A stretch of 20,000 bases of DNA from an uncultured virus (IMG/VR IMGVR_UViG_3300042907_002442) (Duplodnaviria; Heunggongvirae; Uroviricota; Caudoviricetes). The stretch's first letter is position 1. Each line of letters opens with the position of its first letter. The stretch lies in the IMG/VR virus record IMGVR_UViG_3300042907_002442. One strand, given 5' to 3'. This document shows positions 8,585 to 18,584 of the stretch, one piece after another. Position numbers and translations under genes: made by a program. The notes under the pieces were generated by a model. That model was not told the DNA's origin. It was given only the letters and a program-made list of their open reading frames with translations, and made no database searches.

Positions 8585-10247
8585 ATTCACCATCATACCA
8601 GCTAGTTTGTCTTACCAATCTGCACCCAAAGTGGACCAAAAGGTAACAGTGACTTTGGAGGAAAAACAACAACAAATAACTGAATATGATAGAAACGCCA
8701 CAATATCATTAGAAGATGTTTTTGAATCCGAGAGACAAGCTTCGAGAATTTATAGACCAACTTTCAAAATAAATTATCTCTATTCGAATACTTTGACAGG
8801 TACAACTAACTATACACCGTTCAGAGATAACTTGTTTTATGTGAATTCACTTGAATCAACACAAACAAACATATGGAAGGGGTTTCCACAATACTACGAA
8901 TTCGATTTTTATAGACCTGATATAAATGACCAACATTTAGACTACTACGCAAAAAGTGCTTATACCTACAATTGGAATTATTATTTTTCTTACGCCTTCC
9001 AAAATAACCCTAATCAAGTTTTATATACCAACTTGGTTCCAATCAATAGTTGGGTTGCTAAAGATGGAATTCCATTCAGTATTCAAAATACTACTTTTAA
9101 TGGAAGTAATGTCATAGCGTTCCAGTGTGTTGCACCACATGGATTGAGTGTTGGTGAATATGTGAAATTGTCCTTCAAATATGGAATAGTTGATTTATTC
9201 GAGGTTTATTCATTGGGTAATGGTCAGACAGATTCTGATGAGTACATTTTTAACATATTCAACTACGGATATACAGGTACAACATTTAATAATGGTAAAG
9301 TTGGTACTTTTAAAAGAGTTGGAAATCCTAACAATCTTTTAGAAACAACATCAGATTATTATGTCAGACAGAATAAAATATTGACAGGTGTTGATGATGC
9401 TCTGATGACTAAATCAGGTTTCGAAAAAAATATTTTTTTAGAAGAAAAACAATTACAACTAAGTTCTTTGACCCCTAATTTTATAACTACTATTGCTCAA
9501 AAAACTAGTAGTAATGCTTACAATGTTACCTCTTCTTATGATTTAGATATTACTACTTTAATAGATAATCAAAAAAGACCTTTAAGCGAACTATTCCTCA
9601 CAATTATTCACAAAGGTTATACAGGATATTTCTACGACCCTTCCAATCCAATAGGAATAAAAAGAGGATGGGAGTTTAATTTATCATCACCAACAAACCC
9701 ATATTGGGATAGAAATAATACTAACTCAAATTCAAATCTACAAATTTCAACATACACCAAACAAAACTACACTTTTGCATTTACAAAAGATTTAAACATA
9801 GGAGATATAATTGATGGGGATTTTTGTGAATGGAATAACTATGAACAGATAGAAAGGGTAATATCTCCACTTTATCATAAGATAAATTTCAATCCAAACG
9901 TATTTACACATTTACCTATAAGAGAGGGTTATTATTATAAACCACATCATTCGATGACCTTGAGGATTTTTTCAGATTACATCGAAACCGCTAATGTCGG
10001 GTCCGTAGATAATGTTCCGAGTTATTCTTACTACTCAAGTGCTGACCGACAATTCAGATGGAGAGATTTATATGACTACGGGTTTTTCGACAATATAGGA
10101 AGAGGAGTTGATTATCCATTTTTGAACAGTGCCCATTATCCATTTACTTCAATAGTTTTCAGATTGATTCCTGAAGGTGTAAATTTCAACGACAATCTAT
10201 TTGGTATAAACTTCCCAATCAAACCATTATTCGATGAGTGTGCATAA
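8577..10247 (+). CDS. Uncharacterised phage structural protein (556 aa)
   Basis: The likely start is the ATG at 8577 (MNKFTIIP), overlapping the upstream stop by 8 nt. It contains PHGLSVGEYVKL, an HGLxxG[DE]xV beta-module motif seen in phage tail proteins. Confidence 0.65.
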   Translation: MNKFTIIPASLSYQSAPKVDQKVTVTLEEKQQQITEYDRNATISLEDVFESERQASRIYRPTFKINYLYSNTLTGTTNYTPFRDNLFYVNSLESTQTNIWKGFPQYYEFDFYRPDINDQHLDYYAKSAYTYNWNYYFSYAFQNNPNQVLYTNLVPINSWVAKDGIPFSIQNTTFNGSNVIAFQCVAPHGLSVGEYVKLSFKYGIVDLFEVYSLGNGQTDSDEYIFNIFNYGYTGTTFNNGKVGTFKRVGNPNNLLETTSDYYVRQNKILTGVDDALMTKSGFEKNIFLEEKQLQLSSLTPNFITTIAQKTSSNAYNVTSSYDLDITTLIDNQKRPLSELFLTIIHKGYTGYFYDPSNPIGIKRGWEFNLSSPTNPYWDRNNTNSNSNLQISTYTKQNYTFAFTKDLNIGDIIDGDFCEWNNYEQIERVISPLYHKINFNPNVFTHLPIREGYYYKPHHSMTLRIFSDYIETANVGSVDNVPSYSYYSSADRQFRWRDLYDYGFFDNIGRGVDYPFLNSAHYPFTSIVFRLIPEGVNFNDNLFGINFPIKPLFDECA

Positions 10248-11034
10248 TTACAAAATCCCAAACACATCTTTAACAAGTGAATCTTTGACAATTCCGATAG
10301 AAATGTCTTGGGATTATTTGGGTATTGACCAAAGTATAGATTTATATGAGGAAGAAATTATAACTGAGGTTATTGGTGTTGGAAGAGACTTTGAGTTATC
10401 AAGATTTGCTCACGCACCGTTTACAGGACAACCATATAATCTAAAAACTGAAATAAATTATGAGTTCAATTTTCATTCAGGAACCTCACTGAATAACGTA
10501 ACTAATTGGGTAAACACTTATTTGGCTGCTGGATTCAGTGTACCTGATGTTTATTATTATAGGAATGCTTTTGCGAACTCATTTTTCAAGTTGGATTTTT
10601 ACGATACTCCTGATGAAAAAAAACAAATAAATTATCTCACAGCAATAATTCCTACACAACAAGGTGAAAAACAACCAGCAATTTTACCAAGAGCTTTGGT
10701 TGATATTAAAAAACCAAAATTTAAACTCGATTACGTTGGGGACAAAGAAGGGTTTTTCATTTATTGGTTGAAGAAAAGAAACTTTTTGGATATCAGTACC
10801 TTTTATATGTCGGCAAAATTTTATGATGCTCGGACTGGTTTCTTTTTAAGAATGATGAACAAACCACAAAGTTTTTTTCCAAACTCCCAATTCACCTTCG
10901 ATACAACAAGATATTTTTATTATATAATGAAAATTGATTATCCGACTCAGACTTATAGAATTTTCGATTCGAATAACGTGAGATTCGGTCAACCAAATAA
11001 CCCAGTCGTTTGGTATGAATTTATAAACCCATAA
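10234..11034 (+). CDS. Uncharacterised phage protein, likely structural (266 aa)
   Basis: Long ORF overlapping the previous gene by 14 nt. Aromatic-rich (NSFFKLDFYDTP). No family recognised. Confidence 0.65.
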   Translation: MSVHNYKIPNTSLTSESLTIPIEMSWDYLGIDQSIDLYEEEIITEVIGVGRDFELSRFAHAPFTGQPYNLKTEINYEFNFHSGTSLNNVTNWVNTYLAAGFSVPDVYYYRNAFANSFFKLDFYDTPDEKKQINYLTAIIPTQQGEKQPAILPRALVDIKKPKFKLDYVGDKEGFFIYWLKKRNFLDISTFYMSAKFYDARTGFFLRMMNKPQSFFPNSQFTFDTTRYFYYIMKIDYPTQTYRIFDSNNVRFGQPNNPVVWYEFINP

Positions 11035-11036
11035 TA

Positions 11037-12128
11037 ATGTCTGACGTATATAACATAATCATATCACCCGAAAATATTCAAGGAGATTTATTCAAAGTAA
11101 ATTACCGAGGTATTGAAGTTGGTGTGTATTCAGGAATGAGTCAGGTTTTGAGTGCCGGTCCAAATGGTAGTTCATTACTCACTGGTTTGACAATACCAAT
11201 CCTGATAACTCAGACTGCGGTTGATGTTGGATATTATAGTCCATTCGATGGTGCTGTACTCCAAAAAGACGTTGTGGCTAATTTTATATTTTCGTCAACA
11301 ACAACATCACCTTATGTTTATTATGTTTATAATACCTCTAATCAATTTCAGAAATTTTTGGAACTTTCAGTTTATACTGTTGATTGGGGAGACGGTAGTC
11401 CTCTTCAAGTCATCAATAATTTTACTCCAAACTTTTTGTCCCATACGTATCCAACCGCTTCCGCAAATTATACCATTACTTTACAACAGACAAATCCATG
11501 GGGACAAACTATGGTGAAAAAAGAAATTACATCACCATTTACAAACATAATTGCACCTAACCCCAACGGAACTGCGTTTTTTATTCCACAGGGTGGTAGT
11601 TGGGCTAACACACCAATAAGTTATGATTACATTTTCTCAGGTGATGCGGTGAACACGGTTGCGGCTCAAACATCAAACAACTATTTAACGGTACCGTTCC
11701 AAATTTCTGGTATATCTAAATCAAGACTTACTGAACTCCAACTCTACGGTCCCAATCAATATGAGTTATTCACACCAGTGATTGCTAATGGTCAAATTTG
11801 GGGTAATATTTTCGTTACTGCTTCCACATACACAGGGTATACAATTCAAGGAATAAATTACTATGATTACATAGACGGCACTACTAACTACTTCCAAGAT
11901 TCATCGGGGTTCACGAATCAAAATTTAACAGCAGAACCTATTACAAAAAATGAAACTTTGATAAAAGCGGTGGACCAACCTCAAATTCAAACAGACGTTT
12001 TTGTTGAGAGGGGTAAGAATAGTGCATATGAGAGGGTTCAAAGACTTGGTGAGGTCGATAATATAGGGGACATGATAAATTACGGATACGGATTTTTCAA
12101 TGTAGAGGAAAAGGCAAGTGCCATCTAA
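11037..12128 (+). CDS. PKD-domain-containing putative virion protein (363 aa)
   Basis: YTVDWGDGS...SHTYPTASANYTITL matches the PKD Ig-like consensus (W-D-F/W-GDG...HTY...YTVTL). Confidence 0.7.
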   Translation: MSDVYNIIISPENIQGDLFKVNYRGIEVGVYSGMSQVLSAGPNGSSLLTGLTIPILITQTAVDVGYYSPFDGAVLQKDVVANFIFSSTTTSPYVYYVYNTSNQFQKFLELSVYTVDWGDGSPLQVINNFTPNFLSHTYPTASANYTITLQQTNPWGQTMVKKEITSPFTNIIAPNPNGTAFFIPQGGSWANTPISYDYIFSGDAVNTVAAQTSNNYLTVPFQISGISKSRLTELQLYGPNQYELFTPVIANGQIWGNIFVTASTYTGYTIQGINYYDYIDGTTNYFQDSSGFTNQNLTAEPITKNETLIKAVDQPQIQTDVFVERGKNSAYERVQRLGEVDNIGDMINYGYGFFNVEEKASAI

Positions 12129-12136
12129 AAATCAAA

Positions 12137-12150
12137 AATAACTATTTATA
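12137..12150 (+). promoter_or_regulatory. AATAACTATTTATA motif, putative late promoter (copy 3)
   Basis: Lies in the 35-nt gap before the ATG at 12164 and shares a 13-mer with 3698-3710. Confidence 0.6.
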
Positions 12151-12163
12151 AAAAAACTAAATT

Positions 12164-13072
12164 ATGGCAATAGGTTCATATGGTACAATAAGACCCAGTG
12201 ATGTTTCTCCAGAAGATGTGGAAATATTGATGGTGTATACGCCATCAAGAGATGTCACAGATGATTTCACTCTTACAAAATTAAATGCACCAACAATATT
12301 GAGACCTTATTTCAATAACACTCAGACAGGTGGTAATGCCGGTGTTGAGGTATTAGGTGGTTTATATAATTTGAGCTTACCAGCACAACAATTCAATGCT
12401 TTAGGAATTTATACTCTTTATCTTAGACCTGCTCAAATCAGAACTATTATTACTGATTGTGGAGTTTTAAGTGCTTTACCAACAGTGAAAGGGATAGTTG
12501 TAGATTTGGGTAATGTACCAGCCGAGTATCAAAATAAATTTGTCCCACAAGGATTGGTTGGATTTAGAATTGAATATTTGAATCCTGATGGTTCTAAAAT
12601 ACCTAATTTTTTCAGAGTGGTTACGTCTTGTTTTTTCTGTGAGCCCGTTGTAACAAACGAAACAAACTCAAATCAAAAAGCAATTAGATACAGATATGTA
12701 GATGGGACTTCAAATCTTTTGTTTCTAACACTTTCACCTTCATCATCACCAACTAACAACCCTAACGCCACACCTTTTATAGGTCAACCAACACAAGGGA
12801 TTATTATTTCTAATACCTATTTCAATCCTGTTACAATAGAAATTGAAATGGTTGAGTATGATATATCGAGTCTTGGTATTGCTCTATATGGTAATCAAAC
12901 TAAGTCAATTGACGATGGTATCTATACTATCTATGATTCACAAAACAATATCTACAGACAATACAATCTGTATGAGATTAGAAATGAATTCAATGCTCTA
13001 TTGTATGAGGTTAAACAAAGTAGAGGTACTAACATTGATTTTAGTAAAAACTTTACCACGATAACAACATAA
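12164..13072 (+). CDS. Uncharacterised phage protein, likely baseplate/structural (302 aa)
   Basis: Long ORF whose stop overlaps the next ATG (TAATG). Contains one CxxC (CFFC). No family recognised. Confidence 0.65.
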   Translation: MAIGSYGTIRPSDVSPEDVEILMVYTPSRDVTDDFTLTKLNAPTILRPYFNNTQTGGNAGVEVLGGLYNLSLPAQQFNALGIYTLYLRPAQIRTIITDCGVLSALPTVKGIVVDLGNVPAEYQNKFVPQGLVGFRIEYLNPDGSKIPNFFRVVTSCFFCEPVVTNETNSNQKAIRYRYVDGTSNLLFLTLSPSSSPTNNPNATPFIGQPTQGIIISNTYFNPVTIEIEMVEYDISSLGIALYGNQTKSIDDGIYTIYDSQNNIYRQYNLYEIRNEFNALLYEVKQSRGTNIDFSKNFTTITT

Positions 13073-16041
13073 TGGCACAAGAAAAAAAATATTTTTATCC
13101 CCCTGTGCCTGGTAGTGGTTCAGGAACCTTCGCTGACAATATAGTTGGTTTACAGACTGTCAACGGAGGGGGTTTGACTTTGGGTAATTTTGATTTCACT
13201 GCGGGAGTCACAGAGAAAGTAAACAGGAAGTTTAATGTTGGTGCTTTTTCTGAACCTATGACTCTCGATAGTATGAACATCGAAGATGTTTTTGAATCGA
13301 GAAGAATTTTAGCATCACAATTCAGAGTTTATCCGAATTACGATGTATCACAAGTTTTGAACTTCTCTCTATATGGTTCCTTGTCAAAAAGGTTCGAGGT
13401 TTCGGTCACACATATTATAAATTATTTTCCTGCAGCTTTAGAGGTAGTTTTCACTAATTTGGATTTTACAACAGGAGCAACAGCAATAAACGTTGTCTAT
13501 GACCCAGTTGCAGATGAAACTTCATTTGATGTTACATTAGATAGAATCATCAATCCATTTGATATTGATTATAGTTTCAGTGCAGATACAAATATTGCAG
13601 CTAGAGAAATTACCACATCATATCTTAGAAATCTAACGAGAACTTATTTAGATTATTGTATAAACATAAATGATGACATTTTCAAAGTTGTATCTTTTAC
13701 ACCATCGACTTCGCTTACAACAGGAACTTTATCTTTCTTCGTTTCTGGTGCACCATTCGGTACAACAGCAACCACTGTTTATGATAACTTTTTAATAAGA
13801 CCAAACGATTTTATAGTAGACAAAGTTTTTGCTGAAAGTTTTGATACGGTAGAACAATTCTTGATGAATCGTTTTACGCAACCAGAATATACAGCATTCT
13901 TCCAATTACCACAACAAAATAGTACAGGTCAATTCTTCACACAATATACTCAAGTAACATTCCCTAAGAACGGAAATTGGAACTTAGATATTGCGGGTGT
14001 GAATTTTGATAATTACCTAACTCAATTACAAGATATTGCGGTAGAACTAGATTCCTATAAAACTAATTTGATATCAAGATTTTTGGTTACAGATGCATTC
14101 AAAGAATTTGATACTCTTGGTCAAAAAGTTGAAAAAATATTGCAGATTTATGGTAGGAGTTTTGACCAAATAAAACAATTCATTGATGGATTGGCATTCA
14201 TGAATTCGGTAAATTACAATCCAGGTAATGATATACCGTCACAGCTATTAGTAAACTTAGCTCAAACTTTGGGTTGGTCTTCTAATTTTTCTCCCATAAC
14301 TGATGAGGATTTTCTTCAATCCATTTTTGGAAATACAAACGAGCCGAACTACCCTGGATACGCCAAAGCACTTACACCAACGGAATTGAATTATGCTTTC
14401 TATAGAAATTTAATTCTGAATGCTTCGTATCTTTTCAAATCTAAAGGTACAAGAAAATCTATAGAATTTTTACTCAGACTCATAGGTGCCCCTGATTCAC
14501 TAATAGAATATAATGAACACATTTACCTTGCAGACCAAAGAATCAATATGGAGAATTTTGAGTCTCAATTTGCATCCATATCAGGAGGAACGTATACAAA
14601 TCAATTACCAACATTATCTAATGTAACTTATAGATTTCAAGGGCAAGTTTTCAGTGCCTTTACTGCCACATCAACCTATGAGAGTGTAAATGTTTTTAGA
14701 GGGGAATATCCTGTCGACGACGAGGGTTATCCAAAGGCACCTGTAAACACTGAAACCTACTTCTTCCAATTAGGTGCTGGTTGGTATGAAACAACACCTG
14801 ACCATAGAAGTCCTGACGAAGTTGTAAACACAGGACAAGTATTCACAGGACAAAATTTTGACATACAAACTCAACTTGTTCCATTCACATATGGTCAACA
14901 ATATTTGGATAGGTTTAGAGATTTTCCATATATGACTTTGGGATATTCTTTAGAGAGAGTTGTTGATAATAAAAAGTCTTGGTTAGCAGATGATGACCTA
15001 TTCAGAATTTCAAGGGATGCCAATTTCAATTCGTATTATTTTGTAGGTAATGAAAAGTTGGTGTTAAATGTCAAAAACGTAGATATATTCCTGAATCCAG
15101 CACAAGGATTACTTTTTGATGTTTGGAGGGAGTCTGTACAATACGATTATCCAATACCTGAATCAGGTTTGACGGTAGGATACCCAAGCCCTGGTGGTTT
15201 AGATTGGACTTTTGTCAACCCAGAACCTAAAAAGAAAACTTTTTTTGAATTTGCTCAAACTTTTTGGCAAAATATGATAAACACAAGGAATAGACAATTT
15301 ATAACTGATGGTAAAACCGGTGGTTATCCCAATTTACAATCCTTGTGGTGGAAATATGTTCTTTCAGAACAACAGACTGGTTTTCCTAACTACGATTACA
15401 CATATCAAAAGTTGATTGATTATGTTGATGGATTAGGTCCGTTTTGGATGAAGTTAGTCGAACAAATGGTACCTGCAACAACAATTTGGAATGGAGGAAT
15501 AAAATTAGAAAATTCAATTCTCCACAGACAAAAGTTGGTATATAGAAGACAAAGGGGTTGTTTGATTCTTCCAAAAGTCAAAGACCCATGTAGGATTACT
15601 TCAGGAATTTTCAATGGTACAGTTTCTCAACAATATGTTAGTATTTTTATATACCCATGGTTGAACGGAAATCCTACTGTATCTAATTTTAGTAGTATAT
15701 TATTATCATCATTAAATTCAGTTTTAGCTGAACAAGGAATCTCTTTGAATGAATGTGTGCTTGATACTTTGGTTTCTGAGTGGTACGTGGATTTGAAAAT
15801 TGGAAACCAAACAATAGTGAATGAAATGTTCTATACAGGTTATGGTTCTAATGGTTACCCGTCAAATTTGGAATGGAGACAAGCACTTGTTTTGTATTTG
15901 CCAGAAATGAATAGTTACGGGTATAACTTTACTTTGAATGGTAATACCCTAACTGTATTTAATACAACATCAAATCCAGCATTTGTGAATCAAACACTTT
16001 ATCTGAATGTAGGAATAAACCTAACAATAAATTGTAGTTAG
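13072..16041 (+). CDS. Large baseplate wedge-like protein (P2 gpI / T4 gp7-like core), 989 aa
   Basis: IPSQLLVNLAQTLGW...FYRNLILNASYLFKSKGTRKSIEFLLRLIG resembles the gpI/gp7-type helical core with its KGT motif. Long N- and C-terminal extensions. Confidence 0.65.
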   Translation: MAQEKKYFYPPVPGSGSGTFADNIVGLQTVNGGGLTLGNFDFTAGVTEKVNRKFNVGAFSEPMTLDSMNIEDVFESRRILASQFRVYPNYDVSQVLNFSLYGSLSKRFEVSVTHIINYFPAALEVVFTNLDFTTGATAINVVYDPVADETSFDVTLDRIINPFDIDYSFSADTNIAAREITTSYLRNLTRTYLDYCININDDIFKVVSFTPSTSLTTGTLSFFVSGAPFGTTATTVYDNFLIRPNDFIVDKVFAESFDTVEQFLMNRFTQPEYTAFFQLPQQNSTGQFFTQYTQVTFPKNGNWNLDIAGVNFDNYLTQLQDIAVELDSYKTNLISRFLVTDAFKEFDTLGQKVEKILQIYGRSFDQIKQFIDGLAFMNSVNYNPGNDIPSQLLVNLAQTLGWSSNFSPITDEDFLQSIFGNTNEPNYPGYAKALTPTELNYAFYRNLILNASYLFKSKGTRKSIEFLLRLIGAPDSLIEYNEHIYLADQRINMENFESQFASISGGTYTNQLPTLSNVTYRFQGQVFSAFTATSTYESVNVFRGEYPVDDEGYPKAPVNTETYFFQLGAGWYETTPDHRSPDEVVNTGQVFTGQNFDIQTQLVPFTYGQQYLDRFRDFPYMTLGYSLERVVDNKKSWLADDDLFRISRDANFNSYYFVGNEKLVLNVKNVDIFLNPAQGLLFDVWRESVQYDYPIPESGLTVGYPSPGGLDWTFVNPEPKKKTFFEFAQTFWQNMINTRNRQFITDGKTGGYPNLQSLWWKYVLSEQQTGFPNYDYTYQKLIDYVDGLGPFWMKLVEQMVPATTIWNGGIKLENSILHRQKLVYRRQRGCLILPKVKDPCRITSGIFNGTVSQQYVSIFIYPWLNGNPTVSNFSSILLSSLNSVLAEQGISLNECVLDTLVSEWYVDLKIGNQTIVNEMFYTGYGSNGYPSNLEWRQALVLYLPEMNSYGYNFTLNGNTLTVFNTTSNPAFVNQTLYLNVGINLTINCS

Positions 16042-18179
16042 TGGCTCAATTTAATTATATATTAGGGGTTACAGGTGATTGTTCCCATACATCGTCAGGT
16101 GCAATTAGTATAACTCCATCGGGTGGAACACCTCCTTATACTATCGAGTGGGTGGACCCCCCGTTACCTCCAGTTGAATATTTGATTATAGGTACCTCTG
16201 TAAGAACAAATTTGGGTTATGGAACATATGCAATAAGGTTGAATGATAGTAGTTTACCTGTGAATGATTCATTCACCGTAAATATACCTGTTTCAAGCGG
16301 TGTCACTGCTTCAATAGTTTCAATTTTCCCAACAACATGTAATACCAATAATGGTTCAGTATCTGCAACTTCTACTTCAGATTACTCCTCCACAATTTAT
16401 AACTTGCTTGATGAATCCTATAGTATTATTCAAACAGTTACTACTGATGAAGACATAGCAGTATTTGAGGGATTATCTTCATCTACATATAGTATAGAAG
16501 TTGTGGATTTTGGAGGTTGTACAGGTAGAACTTCTGATTTTATAATTGAAAAGTCCAATCCTGTTGATTTTGGTTTTTATGTTGTTCCTAATTCATATTG
16601 TTCTAGTACATCGAATCCTTTAGGAAAATTATATGTCACAGGAGTAACAGGTACGGCTCCCTTCAAATATGTTTGGAGTAATGGTGGTACAGGAACAACA
16701 ATAACTGGTCTAACTACGGGAGTTTATTCTTTAGAAGTAACCGATGCAAATAATTGTAAAAAATCAGAGAGCGTTTATGTCGGAGAGGTGGAGCCTTTAG
16801 GATTTGGATATTTCAGTGCTGTAACCCCAACTTGTTTCAGTTCCGATGGGTCTTTAACAATATATGTTACAGGAGGTACAGCGCCTTATTATTATTCTGC
16901 TTCAACAGGGAATGTTGGAATTTCTTATCAACAGAATTTTACAATATCTAATATTCCATCAGGCTCTTATCAATTTCAGGTTACTGATGCGGGATTATGT
17001 ACAATAGCCGAAGGTACTTCTATAAGTTCACCACAATCTATAGGTTCTGTTAGTATTACAACAACAAATTCAAATTGTTCAAGTTCTGACGGTAGTATAC
17101 AAATATCTTTGTTCCAAGGAAATCCTCCTTTCACTTACACCCTAATAAAACCTGATAGTAGTTCCGAGAGTTTAACGTTGAATTCACCAATTTATACATT
17201 TTATGGTCTTGTGACAGGAGATTACACTGTGGTAGTAAGTGATGATAGTAGTTGCGTTTATTCACAAGATGTCTATATAATTGCAAACGATTTATTTGAT
17301 GTCTATATAGCATCCACAGGTACAACTTGTGGTCAGGATAATGGTGCAATAGAAATATTCAAAACCTCAGGGGGAACGGAACCCTTCAATTATTTTGTTG
17401 ATGGTTTGGCGGTTGACTTAGATACTTCACAATCTGCGGTAACAGTTACAAATCTTTCATCGGGAAATCATTTTATTTCTGTTGTTGATTCAAGTGGATG
17501 TACTAAGGGTGCTACAGTTTTCATTTCACAATCATCCACTCTTCAGTTCAGTCTTTATAGTGAAAGTTGTGGTAATGGTTCAGATGGTGTAATTACAGCA
17601 TTTATATCATCAGGTACCCCGCCATTTACCTTCAATTGGTCAGATAATATACCAGGGAATCCTCAATCTATAACTGTAAATGGTTTGACAGGTGGTACAT
17701 ATAGTCTTACAATTAGTGATTCGGTTGGATGTTATTATTCACAATCGACAGAGATATCCTGTTTGGGTCAAAAGAGCGGATATTATGAATTTTTGATTGG
17801 GGACCAAGAAATGCCAATCACTGCTGAAGTAAATTTGGGATTATTACAGATGTTGAACGATGGTTTTGTTGATTTGACTGACGGTGACCCGAACTGTATT
17901 TTAAATTCGGCAGAATTTTTTGCAATTGTAAATGTTGAACCTGTGGGTCTGAGTGCATCGACTTCTTTTTATACAAGTAAGACTCTTGTGGATGTACCTT
18001 CCGACAATGTTTGGATAGATTCGATAACTTCTTTGTTGCAATCAGTTCCAGGTGTATCAAATGTAATTGTAGATACGGTAAATAATCAGATTACGATACA
18101 AAAAAATGCTGCAAATACCTTTTTGGATAACCAAATAATAAACTTCGATATTGCTATCGAATATGATATAAGTTGTTGA
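16041..18179 (+). CDS. SprB-repeat protein, putative virion fibre/adhesin (712 aa, GTG start)
   Basis: About seven modules of the form C...[DN]G-S-I-x-[IV]...GGT-x-P-[YF]-x-Y-x-W...GL-x-x-G-x-Y-x-[LV]-x-V-x-D-x-x-x-C. The GTG overlaps the upstream TAG. No signal peptide is evident. Confidence 0.78.
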   Translation: MAQFNYILGVTGDCSHTSSGAISITPSGGTPPYTIEWVDPPLPPVEYLIIGTSVRTNLGYGTYAIRLNDSSLPVNDSFTVNIPVSSGVTASIVSIFPTTCNTNNGSVSATSTSDYSSTIYNLLDESYSIIQTVTTDEDIAVFEGLSSSTYSIEVVDFGGCTGRTSDFIIEKSNPVDFGFYVVPNSYCSSTSNPLGKLYVTGVTGTAPFKYVWSNGGTGTTITGLTTGVYSLEVTDANNCKKSESVYVGEVEPLGFGYFSAVTPTCFSSDGSLTIYVTGGTAPYYYSASTGNVGISYQQNFTISNIPSGSYQFQVTDAGLCTIAEGTSISSPQSIGSVSITTTNSNCSSSDGSIQISLFQGNPPFTYTLIKPDSSSESLTLNSPIYTFYGLVTGDYTVVVSDDSSCVYSQDVYIIANDLFDVYIASTGTTCGQDNGAIEIFKTSGGTEPFNYFVDGLAVDLDTSQSAVTVTNLSSGNHFISVVDSSGCTKGATVFISQSSTLQFSLYSESCGNGSDGVITAFISSGTPPFTFNWSDNIPGNPQSITVNGLTGGTYSLTISDSVGCYYSQSTEISCLGQKSGYYEFLIGDQEMPITAEVNLGLLQMLNDGFVDLTDGDPNCILNSAEFFAIVNVEPVGLSASTSFYTSKTLVDVPSDNVWIDSITSLLQSVPGVSNVIVDTVNNQITIQKNAANTFLDNQIINFDIAIEYDISC

Positions 18180-18180
18180 C

Positions 18181-18513
18181 ATGGTACAAGTAAGAATTGA
18201 TTCGATTACTGGAGCAACCTACCCCGTTAGTGTCTTTATTTCCGATGTATATGGAAATTATCAAACACTGCTCGGTACTATCAATTCTACTGTCCCACCA
18301 ACTGTTGATTATAACTCTACTATCCCATCAATTTTCCAAACAGCCCCACAAATAATGTTGACTTTGGTTGATTCGAGTGGTTGTTCTGTATTTAAAATTT
18401 TAGATTGTGTTTTTGGTTGTGCTTTTAACATCACGGTTGACCTAGTAGATTGTATTGTAAATATTTCCATCCAAGAAACCTCTTGTGCTTTTGACATTTA
18501 CTCTACAGAATAA
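18181..18513 (+). CDS. Small Cys-containing beta-rich protein (110 aa), putative virion component
   Basis: Starts 1 nt after the upstream TGA. LTLVDSSGC resembles the end of an SprB-like module, and the tail has three 11-aa Cys repeats. Confidence 0.65.
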   Translation: MVQVRIDSITGATYPVSVFISDVYGNYQTLLGTINSTVPPTVDYNSTIPSIFQTAPQIMLTLVDSSGCSVFKILDCVFGCAFNITVDLVDCIVNISIQETSCAFDIYSTE

Positions 18514-18584
18514 AACTGTGGAATGGTAATGGAAATATAATCCAAATTTTTTTCATTTATTTTCATAAAAAGGATTTGAATTGG

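Noticed and set aside
1315..16041. Bacterial extracellular contractile injection system or T6SS locus
   Set aside because: The adjacent nrdJ, T4 gp6-like wedge, phage-style gene packing and recurrent upstream motif favour a phage genome. No eCIS ATPase or T6SS membrane-complex genes are seen, though capsid genes are also not in this window.
18514..18584. Possible hairpin or terminator in the 90-nt gap before the Pro/Thr gene
   Set aside because: Only weak, interrupted A/T complementarity, not distinguishable from chance.
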